Below are positions 27,313-35,136 of a DNA stretch of 37,703 bases, one piece after another. The stretch covers positions 1-37,703 of the forward strand of contig CAZHPN010000039.1 in assembly GCA_964534375.1 (NCBI GenBank), written 5' to 3'. The notes below the pieces were generated by a model. That model was not told the DNA's origin, made no database searches, and saw nothing but the letters and a program-made list of their open reading frames with translations. Within the stretch, counting starts at the first letter, position 1. Each line of letters opens with the position of its first letter. The position numbers and the translations under genes were made by a program. The DNA is from an uncultured bacterium. Its GTDB lineage: Bacteria; Lernaellota; Lernaellaia; Lernaellales; Lernaellaceae.

Positions 27313-28565
27313 TCCCAAATGAGCAATTGCGCGCTCAGATAATCGACGGGCATCGTGTGATCGCCGCTGTTGTAGTCGCAGTTGCCGGGGCTGTCGTCGA
27401 ACGCGCAGCCGGCGCACTGATCGTTCGCGCCGCCGGCGCCCGGCCGGCAGGTGTTGACGTACGTCGCGTTGTCGAAAAGCACATTGTAGGAGAAGGCGTT
27501 TTGCCCGCCGGCCGTCAGCGCGGACGTGACGTCGATCACGTCGGGCACGACCGGCGCGCCCGGGCACCAGCCGTCGCGCGGATAAGTCCAGGTGCCCATT
27601 TCATTGGGGCCGATCGGGTTCGCGTGGCAATCGGTCCGCCACGGGAAGTCGCTAATGGTCTGGTCGTTGACGCCGGCCGCGTACACCAGTTCGCAGAATT
27701 CGCCGCAATCTTGCAGGTTGCCCTGGCCGTGCCCGGTGGTGAACAGCCGCAGTTGCGCGCGCGAGATCGTCGCCGGCAGCGACATCGTGCGCGGCGGAAT
27801 CTGCGTGGCGATGGTGTTGTCCGGGTTCCCCAATTCGATGGACCCGTACGGCCAGATGTTGACGATTTGCGCCGGCGACGCGTCTTTGCCCGCCGCCGGG
27901 TGGAAGATGAACGAGGCGCTTACGGTCCAACCGGCGCCGTCGCCGGTCGAGCCCGGGCCGACCCAGGTGTCGATGAACGAGCGGATCGTCTGCGGCCCGC
28001 TCAACATCGCGGCGAACGGCGTGATGTCCACCAGCATGCACATCGACGTGCCGAACGGGGTGATGTAACGCCACAATTCGAATGGATTCTCGTTGGCGCC
28101 GGGATTTTGCACGAGGAAGATATTGGCGAGGCGGTCGTAATGGTCGCAGCCGCCGTCGGCCGGGCAGCCGAGTTCCAGCCGCAGCGTGACCTGCGCCCAA
28201 TTGCCGGCGGGGAACGTCGCCTGCACGTCCACCTGGCGCTTGTTGTCGCTGTCGCCGTTGTAATACTGCGCCACGTTGTCGAGCGCTTTCACGACGGTCG
28301 CGTTCGCGGGGATGTCCTGGTCGGTGCAGCCGAACCACGGCGGCCCCGGCCAACCGTTGGGCGAGGCGTCGTCGTCGCCGGGCGAGGCGTCGTCGTCATC
28401 GTCGGGCGAGGCGTCGTCGTCGTCATTGTCGTCGTCGTCGACGGGCGCCGTGTCATCGTCGCCGCCGCTGCTGCTGCTCTTGCCGCCGGATGCGCAAGCG
28501 ATCAACAACGCGGCCAGCACGCACAACAACGAGCCGGTCAGCCAAAACCAACGTTGCCATCTCAT
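27309..28565 (-). CDS. Peptide-N-glycosidase F-related lipoprotein with Asp-rich linker
   Basis: Lipobox LLIAC, Ser/Asp-rich linker, motifs CDHYDR, FELWRYITPF, TTGHG, CGEFC, WRTDC..NP, GTWTYPRDGWCPG. GGAGA RBS. Confidence 0.8.
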   Translation of the reverse strand: MRWQRWFWLTGSLLCVLAALLIACASGGKSSSSGGDDDTAPVDDDDNDDDDASPDDDDDASPGDDDASPNGWPGPPWFGCTDQDIPANATVVKALDNVAQYYNGDSDNKRQVDVQATFPAGNWAQVTLRLELGCPADGGCDHYDRLANIFLVQNPGANENPFELWRYITPFGTSMCMLVDITPFAAMLSGPQTIRSFIDTWVGPGSTGDGAGWTVSASFIFHPAAGKDASPAQIVNIWPYGSIELGNPDNTIATQIPPRTMSLPATISRAQLRLFTTGHGQGNLQDCGEFCELVYAAGVNDQTISDFPWRTDCHANPIGPNEMGTWTYPRDGWCPGAPVVPDVIDVTSALTAGGQNAFSYNVLFDNATYVNTCRPGAGGANDQCAGCAFDDSPGNCDYNSGDHTMPVDYLSAQLLIWE

Positions 28566-28596
28566 CTTGTTTTCTCCCTGGTCGCGCAATTGCCGT

Positions 28597-29232
28597 TCAA
28601 AACCCGGTTCGCCGCGCACGCAACGCCGTCGCCAATTCTTTGTCCGCGAGCGTTTCGACGGCGAGCAATTCGGACACGCCCGGATACGAAAGCGCGGGCT
28701 CGACGATGCGCTCGTCGGCGTCGCGCACGATGTCCGCCATCGAGCGGTGTGTCAAACGCCCGAGTTCGGCCAGCAACGTGCGGCTCTCCCGCTGGCTGAC
28801 GCTGCGCGGCGGCGGGTAGCCGGCGCCGCGCTCGACCTCGAACAAGGCGTCGAAAATGAATTTCAGATTGATGTCCGACGCCCAGCCGAAGCCCTGATTG
28901 AGCATCAACGAGACGCAGTTGCCCGCGTTGATTTGCGGAAACAACCAGGCGTCGAGCGGCGACAGAATATGGCCGCAGATCACGCCTGGGTATTGCATCA
29001 CCGCGTTGAGAAACCCCTGCCCCGTGCCGCAACCGGCGACGACGAAATCCGCCCGCCCGGCGTTCAACAGCAGCGCCGCGAGAAAGCTCGTGTGCAGGTA
29101 CGTCAACTCGGGCGCTTCGCCGCTTTTCTTCATGCCGACGTTGAGCACCTCGTGACCGCGCCCCTGCAACGCCGCGACGATCGCCGCGTTCTTGTCCGCC
29201 GCGCTGGTCTCATTAATCACCGCAATCTTCAT
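28597..29232 (-). CDS. RpiB/LacA/LacB family sugar-phosphate isomerase (long, DhuI-like subgroup)
   Basis: MKIAVINETS..DKN, LTYLH, DFVVAGCGTGQG, QINAGN, GFGWA, GYP..R. Confidence 0.85.
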   Translation of the reverse strand: MKIAVINETSAADKNAAIVAALQGRGHEVLNVGMKKSGEAPELTYLHTSFLAALLLNAGRADFVVAGCGTGQGFLNAVMQYPGVICGHILSPLDAWLFPQINAGNCVSLMLNQGFGWASDINLKFIFDALFEVERGAGYPPPRSVSQRESRTLLAELGRLTHRSMADIVRDADERIVEPALSYPGVSELLAVETLADKELATALRARRTGF

Positions 29233-29303
29233 ATTTCACGCCCCTGAAAATGGAACGCCGTTTTGTTCATTCCGCAATCCGCATTCCGCATTCGTCATTG
29301 CCT

Positions 29304-31226
29304 CTACAGCCCGATCTTGTGCCGCAACGCCTGCGTGTCCGCCACCCAATTGCCGACGTTCCAGCGGCCCCACGCGCCCAGTCCGCCGAGCGGATCGTCG
29401 CCGCAATAAACCGGCACGTGAATCAGCGACAGCCCGCCGTGCGCGCGCGCCCGCTTCAGCGCCGCCAACAACTCCGGAATCGACCGCCCGCCGAAAACCG
29501 CCTGCACGCCGCTGACCGCCGCCGCGAGCGCGACGTAGTCGACCGCGACGCCGTCGTTCGTCGCGAAATCCGCGCCGTACTGCGCGCGCTGCAGCCCCGA
29601 GATCGCGGCCATGCGCCGATTGTCGAACAGCAAAATGCAGCCGTGCGCGCCGTGCTCGACGCCGTCGATCAGAATCTGCGGATTCATCATGAACGAGCCG
29701 TCGCCCGTGAACGCCACGGCGTAAAACGGCTTCGCCGCCAAGCCCGTCGCCAGCAGCGCCGAAACGGCGAAGCCCATGTAGCTGGCGCCGGTGTCGGTGA
29801 AGGTCTGGCCGAGGCTTTCGTCCTCGACGATTTGAAAGCCGTTGGCCTGCACGTCGCCGGCGTCGAAGAGGGCCACGGCGCCGTTGCCGCGCGCCCAATC
29901 GACCGCCGCCTTGATCGCCGCCGGCTGGGTCAAAACTTCCGCCTGCCAGGCCGCGTCGAACAACGTCGGCCGGCGATAGCGTTCGGCCTTGAAGTCGTCC
30001 CAGCGTTGCTTTTGCGCGCGACAGGCCGCGAACCACGGCGATTCGCCCGCGGCCTTCGGCTTGCCGCCGAGCCGCCGGCGCAGGCGCGCGTTCAACTCGC
30101 GCAACGTCGCCGCCGCGTCGCCGAACAGCGGAATCGTTTTGTTGTAATGCACGACATCGCGCGCGTCGGCGTTGATCGCGACGACGCCCCGCGCCTGCGG
30201 ATACGCGGTGCGGCTGCTGTCGGATTGGCAGACGGCGCGCGTGCCGATCGCGACCAAGAAATCGCCTTCGTCCTGCGCGTAATTGCCGCAGATCGAGCCC
30301 TTGCTGCCCGCGACGGTCATGTTGCGCGGATGGCCGTAGGGAATCACGCCCGAGGCGACGGGGCTGGTGACCGCGACGCCGTCGACGAGTTCGAGAAACT
30401 CGGCCAACTCCGGCCCCGCGCGCCGCGCCCCGCCGCCGGCCCGCACCACGACGCGCTCGGCCGCGAGCAAGGCGTCGGCCGCGGCCTCGTACGCGTCGCC
30501 GTCGGCCGCCGCCGGAACCGCCGCCGGCTGACCCGCGGGCAGTTCGTCGAGGTTGAAAGCGGGCAGTCGCGCGGCCTGCGTGTTCATTGGCATCAACAGG
30601 AAAAACGGCCCGCCGCGATAGGGGTGATCGACCACGTTCATCCCGCGCCGCAGCGCCGCGCCGAGCGCGCCGGGCGTGTGCAACGAATAGGCCTCGCCGA
30701 GCGTCGAGAAAAGCTTGAGGAACAGACCCTGCTCGTGCTTCGGGATCTGCTGCATGTTGAAGCCTTCGTCTTCCGTCGTCTCGTCGCCCAGCAAATACCA
30801 CACGCCCAGCCCGTTGCTGGCCGGAGCAATCGACGCCGCGAGGGCCTGCAGCGCGCCCGGCCCGATCGAGGTGACGACGGCCGCCTTCTCGCCCGTGACC
30901 CAGCGCAGGGCGGCGGCGGCGTGCGAGGCTTCGATCTCGCTGCGCACGCCGTGCACGCGCACGAGCCCGGCCTGCGCGTACAGCCGCAGCACCTCGCCGA
31001 TCTCGGTCGAGCCGTGGCCGAGCACGCAGACGAACCGCGCGACCTCCTGCCGCAACAGACCGAGAACGAGGGCTTCGGACAGCGTGACGTCGGCGTCGCG
31101 GGGCAGCGCGCCGCTGTGCAACGCGGCTTCGACGCCGCCGGCCGCGGCGATCGCCTGGGCGCGCGCCAAGCGGCGTTGCGCGAGGTCTTCTCTTGCCAGG
31201 TCGTTCGAATTGGGCGTCATGCGCAT
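29304..31226 (-). CDS. Thiamine-diphosphate-dependent enzyme, IolD-like
   Basis: GHG, conserved Glu in SEIEASH, TSIGPGA, ASYMGF, ThDP motif GDGSFMM...DN. Confidence 0.8.
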   Translation of the reverse strand: MRMTPNSNDLAREDLAQRRLARAQAIAAAGGVEAALHSGALPRDADVTLSEALVLGLLRQEVARFVCVLGHGSTEIGEVLRLYAQAGLVRVHGVRSEIEASHAAAALRWVTGEKAAVVTSIGPGALQALAASIAPASNGLGVWYLLGDETTEDEGFNMQQIPKHEQGLFLKLFSTLGEAYSLHTPGALGAALRRGMNVVDHPYRGGPFFLLMPMNTQAARLPAFNLDELPAGQPAAVPAAADGDAYEAAADALLAAERVVVRAGGGARRAGPELAEFLELVDGVAVTSPVASGVIPYGHPRNMTVAGSKGSICGNYAQDEGDFLVAIGTRAVCQSDSSRTAYPQARGVVAINADARDVVHYNKTIPLFGDAAATLRELNARLRRRLGGKPKAAGESPWFAACRAQKQRWDDFKAERYRRPTLFDAAWQAEVLTQPAAIKAAVDWARGNGAVALFDAGDVQANGFQIVEDESLGQTFTDTGASYMGFAVSALLATGLAAKPFYAVAFTGDGSFMMNPQILIDGVEHGAHGCILLFDNRRMAAISGLQRAQYGADFATNDGVAVDYVALAAAVSGVQAVFGGRSIPELLAALKRARAHGGLSLIHVPVYCGDDPLGGLGAWGRWNVGNWVADTQALRHKIGL

Positions 31227-31299
31227 CCCCCGATGCAGGTGGCTTCGGTCAGCAAACGGAAATTCGACGCATCCGAGACTATCATCGGCGGCCGGTTTT

Positions 31300-32976
31300 T
31301 CAAAGATGGGGCGCGGGCTCCGGGGCAGTCAGCGGCAGGTTGTACGGCGCGAACGCGGCGCGCACGCCGGCGGGCGCGTCTTTGCGGACGTAGAACAGCG
31401 CCAGCAGCGCCGGATCTTGCAGACGCATCAGTTCGTACAGGTCGAGGAACCGCGGCTCGGCGAAGAGCAGGCTCAGGGCGATTTCCGTGGATGCCCAGTG
31501 CGTCGAGGCGGGTCCCGCCTCGGGAACGGGCACAGGGGTCACAGCGCAGTCCCCGTCGACAAAGCTCCAAGTCGTGGTGCGCGCGTAATGCGGCAGGCAC
31601 TTGAGTTTCGTGCCGTTGGGGAACGCGCCGAGTACGATGATATCCGGCCGCAGCGCAAAGATGCGCTCGACGTCGTGCTTCTCGTGGCCCGGCTTGCCGG
31701 CGCCGAGTTCGACCCGCTTGAACGCGACGGCCGGATCGGTCAGCCCGAGGGCGTCGTACGCGCGCAACTTGCTGAAATACGGCAGCGCGCCGGCCGTGAT
31801 CGTGTACAGCGTCGTGCCGCGGTCGGGCAGCTTGCGATGCAGCGCCTCGCCGATCATCGTGCGGCTGGCGGTGGCCCCGGCGTCGATCCACCATACGCCG
31901 AGTTGGAACGGGAAGAACGCGGCCAGCAGTTCCGCGCCGACGAACAGCCCAATCAATTTCCTGCGCGAGATCGCCGTCCACAGCGGCCACTGGTCCGCGA
32001 TCATCCAGGCGGCGATCGGCGCGACCGGCAGGAAAAAACGAAAGTACGGCAGATAGTCGCCGCCGACGCGCGCGACGTAGCCGATATACGCGAGCAGCCA
32101 CGCGAGACCCACGGCGCACCGCTGCGCGATCGCGGTTTTCGCGCGCCAAAACCGCAGGCCCAGGACGATCGTCAGGGGCATCAGCGGATTGAGAAAGAGC
32201 CACCGGCCCACGTAGCCGACCCCGCGGCCCGTGAGCAGATCGCCGCCGCCGTCGACCTTCACGTAATACGCCAGCGGCAGCGGATGGCCGTACGTATGCC
32301 AGCGCCAGAAGAGCGCCGGCAGGAAGATCGCGGCGAACGGCAGCACGACGGCCCACGCGTCGCGCCAGCGGCGTTGGGGCTTGCCGTGCACGAGCGTCAA
32401 CGCGACGGCGAGAACGGCCAACCCCGCCGCTTCCATGCGCGTGATCGCGGCGAAGCCGAGCGCCACTCCCGCGAGCCAGGCCGGCCGATCGCGTTCCAGG
32501 TTGTCGAGCAGAAGCAGAAAGCCGGCGAAAACGAGGCCCGTAAAGAAAACGGTTTCCATGCCGGAATGAGCGTACGCCCACAAGCCGGGGTGCAGCGCCG
32601 CGAACCAAAAGCCCGCGGTGCGCGGAAACGACGGCGGCGCCAGCGCGGCGTCGCGCCCGGCCCGCCGCGCCAGCGCCCAGAGCAGGAAAAAATAGGCGCT
32701 GAAGTTCAAGACGGCGGCCGCGACCGCCGGCCCGACGCCGCCCCAGCGGCGCGCCAGGCCCAGCAGCACGGCGAAGAAAAAGCAACTCGACGATTCCACG
32801 GGCTCGTCGGGGTTGAAATTCAGGCCGTGACCCTCGGCAAAATTGTCGGCGCAGCGAAAGGTGATATAGGCGTCTTCGAGCACGCGGAGGCCGACCAGCC
32901 GGCCGGCCGCGAGGCAGACGAGCGTCAGCAACGCCGCGCGCACGAAATAGGGATATTTTTGCAACAGCCTCGTCAG
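31300..32976 (-). CDS. GT-C fold membrane glycosyltransferase-like protein (AftB-like), paralog 2
   Basis: EDAYITFR.ADN...GHGL.FN...PVE, SGMET, TRME, YYVK, VGGDYLPY.RF, AGALPYFS, DALGLTD, GHEK. Start uncertain (CTG 32976 or TTG 32964). Confidence 0.75.
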   Translation of the reverse strand: MTRLLQKYPYFVRAALLTLVCLAAGRLVGLRVLEDAYITFRCADNFAEGHGLNFNPDEPVESSSCFFFAVLLGLARRWGGVGPAVAAAVLNFSAYFFLLWALARRAGRDAALAPPSFPRTAGFWFAALHPGLWAYAHSGMETVFFTGLVFAGFLLLLDNLERDRPAWLAGVALGFAAITRMEAAGLAVLAVALTLVHGKPQRRWRDAWAVVLPFAAIFLPALFWRWHTYGHPLPLAYYVKVDGGGDLLTGRGVGYVGRWLFLNPLMPLTIVLGLRFWRAKTAIAQRCAVGLAWLLAYIGYVARVGGDYLPYFRFFLPVAPIAAWMIADQWPLWTAISRRKLIGLFVGAELLAAFFPFQLGVWWIDAGATASRTMIGEALHRKLPDRGTTLYTITAGALPYFSKLRAYDALGLTDPAVAFKRVELGAGKPGHEKHDVERIFALRPDIIVLGAFPNGTKLKCLPHYARTTTWSFVDGDCAVTPVPVPEAGPASTHWASTEIALSLLFAEPRFLDLYELMRLQDPALLALFYVRKDAPAGVRAAFAPYNLPLTAPEPAPHL

Positions 32977-33043
32977 CGAGATCGCCTCCTGCCCGCGGCG
33001 CCGCGGCCGGCCCGCCGGCCCGGCGTAGAGCGGCGCGCCGGGC

Positions 33044-34759
33044 TCATGGCTCCTCGCGCCAATCCATCGGCCGGCCGTGCAGCCGGAACGGTTCGAAGGC
33101 GCGGCGCACGCAGGCCGGCGCATCTTTGCGGACAAAAAACACCGCCGTCAACGCCGGGTCGCGCAGTTTCATCAACTGGTAGCGGCTTTGGAAATTATCG
33201 TCGTCGAAGAATTTGGTCATCGCCTGATGGGCGCCGATCAGACTCGTCGGCCCGGATTGGTCGGGCGTCAGATAGAGCGGGTACACCTTGCCGAAGGCGT
33301 CGACGTAGGCCTTCGGCTCGGTCTTCGTGTAGTAGGGCAGATTCTTGATTTCCGCATCTTTGGGAAACGACAAGTAAATGATGATATCCGGCGCGAGCGT
33401 GAGAATGCGGCTGGTGTCGGATTTTTCGTGGCCGGGCACGCCCGTGCCGAGCGCGACCTTTTTGAACGCGACCTGCGGGTCGGTCAGGCCCAGGCCGTCG
33501 TAGGCGCGCAGTTTGCTGAAGTAGGGCACGGCGCCCGCGGCGAGCGTGTAGATCGAGGCGTGGCGATCGGGAATCTGGCGGTGCAATGCTTCGCCGACCT
33601 CCCGCCAGCCCGCCGTTTTCCTGATTTCGCCGAACAACCCGAGAAATTGGAGCGGGATGATCCAGGCGAACACTTGGCAGCCGACGAACACGCCCAGCAG
33701 CTTCCCCCGCGTCAGCGGCGGCAGGTTCGGGCGCGACGCGGCCACTCGCGCGGCCCACAGCGGCCACTGGTCGTCGATCATCCACGCGGCGACGGGGATC
33801 AAGGGCACGAGAAAACGGTGGTACGGCAGATAGTCGCCGCCGACGTACGCCGCGTAAGCCGCGTACGCGCCCATCCAGAGCAGGCCGAGGGCGGAGCGCC
33901 GCGCAATGACCGTTTTCCGGCGCAGGTAGCGTTCGGCCAGGAAGAAAGTCAGCGCGACCAGCGGGTTGGTGAACAGCCAGTGCGCGACGTACGACAGGCC
34001 GCGCGACAACAGCGCGAAGCTGCCGCCGTCGACCTTGACGTAGTATGAAATCGGCAGCGGATGTCCATAGTAGCGCCAGCGGTACGCCAACACCGGGCCG
34101 AAGACGATGACGAATGGCGCCAGAACGCCCGCGACGCCGCGCCACCGCCGATCGCGCGCGCCGAAATACAGCGCGATCCCCGCCGCCAGAATCGCGAAGG
34201 CCGCCGCCTCCATGCGGGTGATCGCCGCAAAACCGAAGGCGAGCCCCGCCGGCCACGCCGGGCGGCCGAGTTCCACGTGGTCGAGCAGAAACAGGAAGCC
34301 CGCAAACAGCAGGCCGGTGAAGAAAATCATCTCCATGCCGGAATGCGCGTACGCCCACAGGCCCGGATTCAGCGCGCCGAACCAGAAGCCGGCGTTCGGC
34401 AGCGCGGGCGGCGGCGTGTCCGGCGTGCGTTGCGCGCCCCGCCGGGCAAGCGACCAGAGGATGAAGAAAACCGCGCCGAAATTGAGCACGCCGGCCGTGA
34501 ACGCCGGGTTGAAATGCAGAAACTTTCGCGCCAGGCCGAGCAGCAGCGCAAAGAAGAAACAGGTTGTGGACTCGACGGGTTCGCCGGGGTTGAAGGTCAG
34601 GCCGTGCCCTTCGGCGAAGTTGTCGGCGCAACGAAACGTGATGTAAGCGTCTTCGAAGATGCCCAGGCCGATGAGTTTGCCGACCGCCAGGCACAAGATT
34701 GTCGCGAGCGCCGCCTGCGCAAAATACGGATGTTGTTTGAAATACGCGTTCCGCGCCAT
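33044..34759 (-). CDS. GT-C fold membrane glycosyltransferase-like protein (AftB-like), paralog 1
   Basis: Same motif set as 31300-32976. GGAG RBS before MARNAYF. Confidence 0.8.
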   Translation of the reverse strand: MARNAYFKQHPYFAQAALATILCLAVGKLIGLGIFEDAYITFRCADNFAEGHGLTFNPGEPVESTTCFFFALLLGLARKFLHFNPAFTAGVLNFGAVFFILWSLARRGAQRTPDTPPPALPNAGFWFGALNPGLWAYAHSGMEMIFFTGLLFAGFLFLLDHVELGRPAWPAGLAFGFAAITRMEAAAFAILAAGIALYFGARDRRWRGVAGVLAPFVIVFGPVLAYRWRYYGHPLPISYYVKVDGGSFALLSRGLSYVAHWLFTNPLVALTFFLAERYLRRKTVIARRSALGLLWMGAYAAYAAYVGGDYLPYHRFLVPLIPVAAWMIDDQWPLWAARVAASRPNLPPLTRGKLLGVFVGCQVFAWIIPLQFLGLFGEIRKTAGWREVGEALHRQIPDRHASIYTLAAGAVPYFSKLRAYDGLGLTDPQVAFKKVALGTGVPGHEKSDTSRILTLAPDIIIYLSFPKDAEIKNLPYYTKTEPKAYVDAFGKVYPLYLTPDQSGPTSLIGAHQAMTKFFDDDNFQSRYQLMKLRDPALTAVFFVRKDAPACVRRAFEPFRLHGRPMDWREEP

Positions 34760-35094
34760 CGCGACTCCGCCATCGACTGCATCCTGCCCGGCCGCGCCGG
34801 CCGCTCCATTGCACCTGCGACCGGCCGCGGCGCGGCGCCGACCGGATTTATCGCCTCCTGGGCCTGCGAAGATGCGAGACCTGCCAAGCGGCGAAATCGT
34901 AGGGGAATCGCCCCGCCCGCGCAAGAGCGGCGGTCAGAACGCGTGCACGGCAAACGGTCCGCACACCCCGGACCTCGATGCTCGGTCGGAAATGCGCCAC
35001 CCCGAACGCCTTATCCGATAAGAGGGCGATCGCCGAATAGACATCCGTTGCGCGACACCGTTACCATAGCGTAATTGGTAAATGGCCACTGGGT

Positions 35095-35126
35095 GGCACA
35101 CTTTTGCCGCCGCGGCAAAGGTGTGC
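35095..35126. terminator. Hairpin downstream of the GH31 gene (terminator or REP-like)
   Basis: GCACAC-T-TTTGCCGC / GCGGCAAA-G-GTGTGC inverted repeat about 10 bp past the stop codon. No clear U-tract. Confidence 0.45.
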
Positions 35127-35136
35127 TTCGCGGCGA

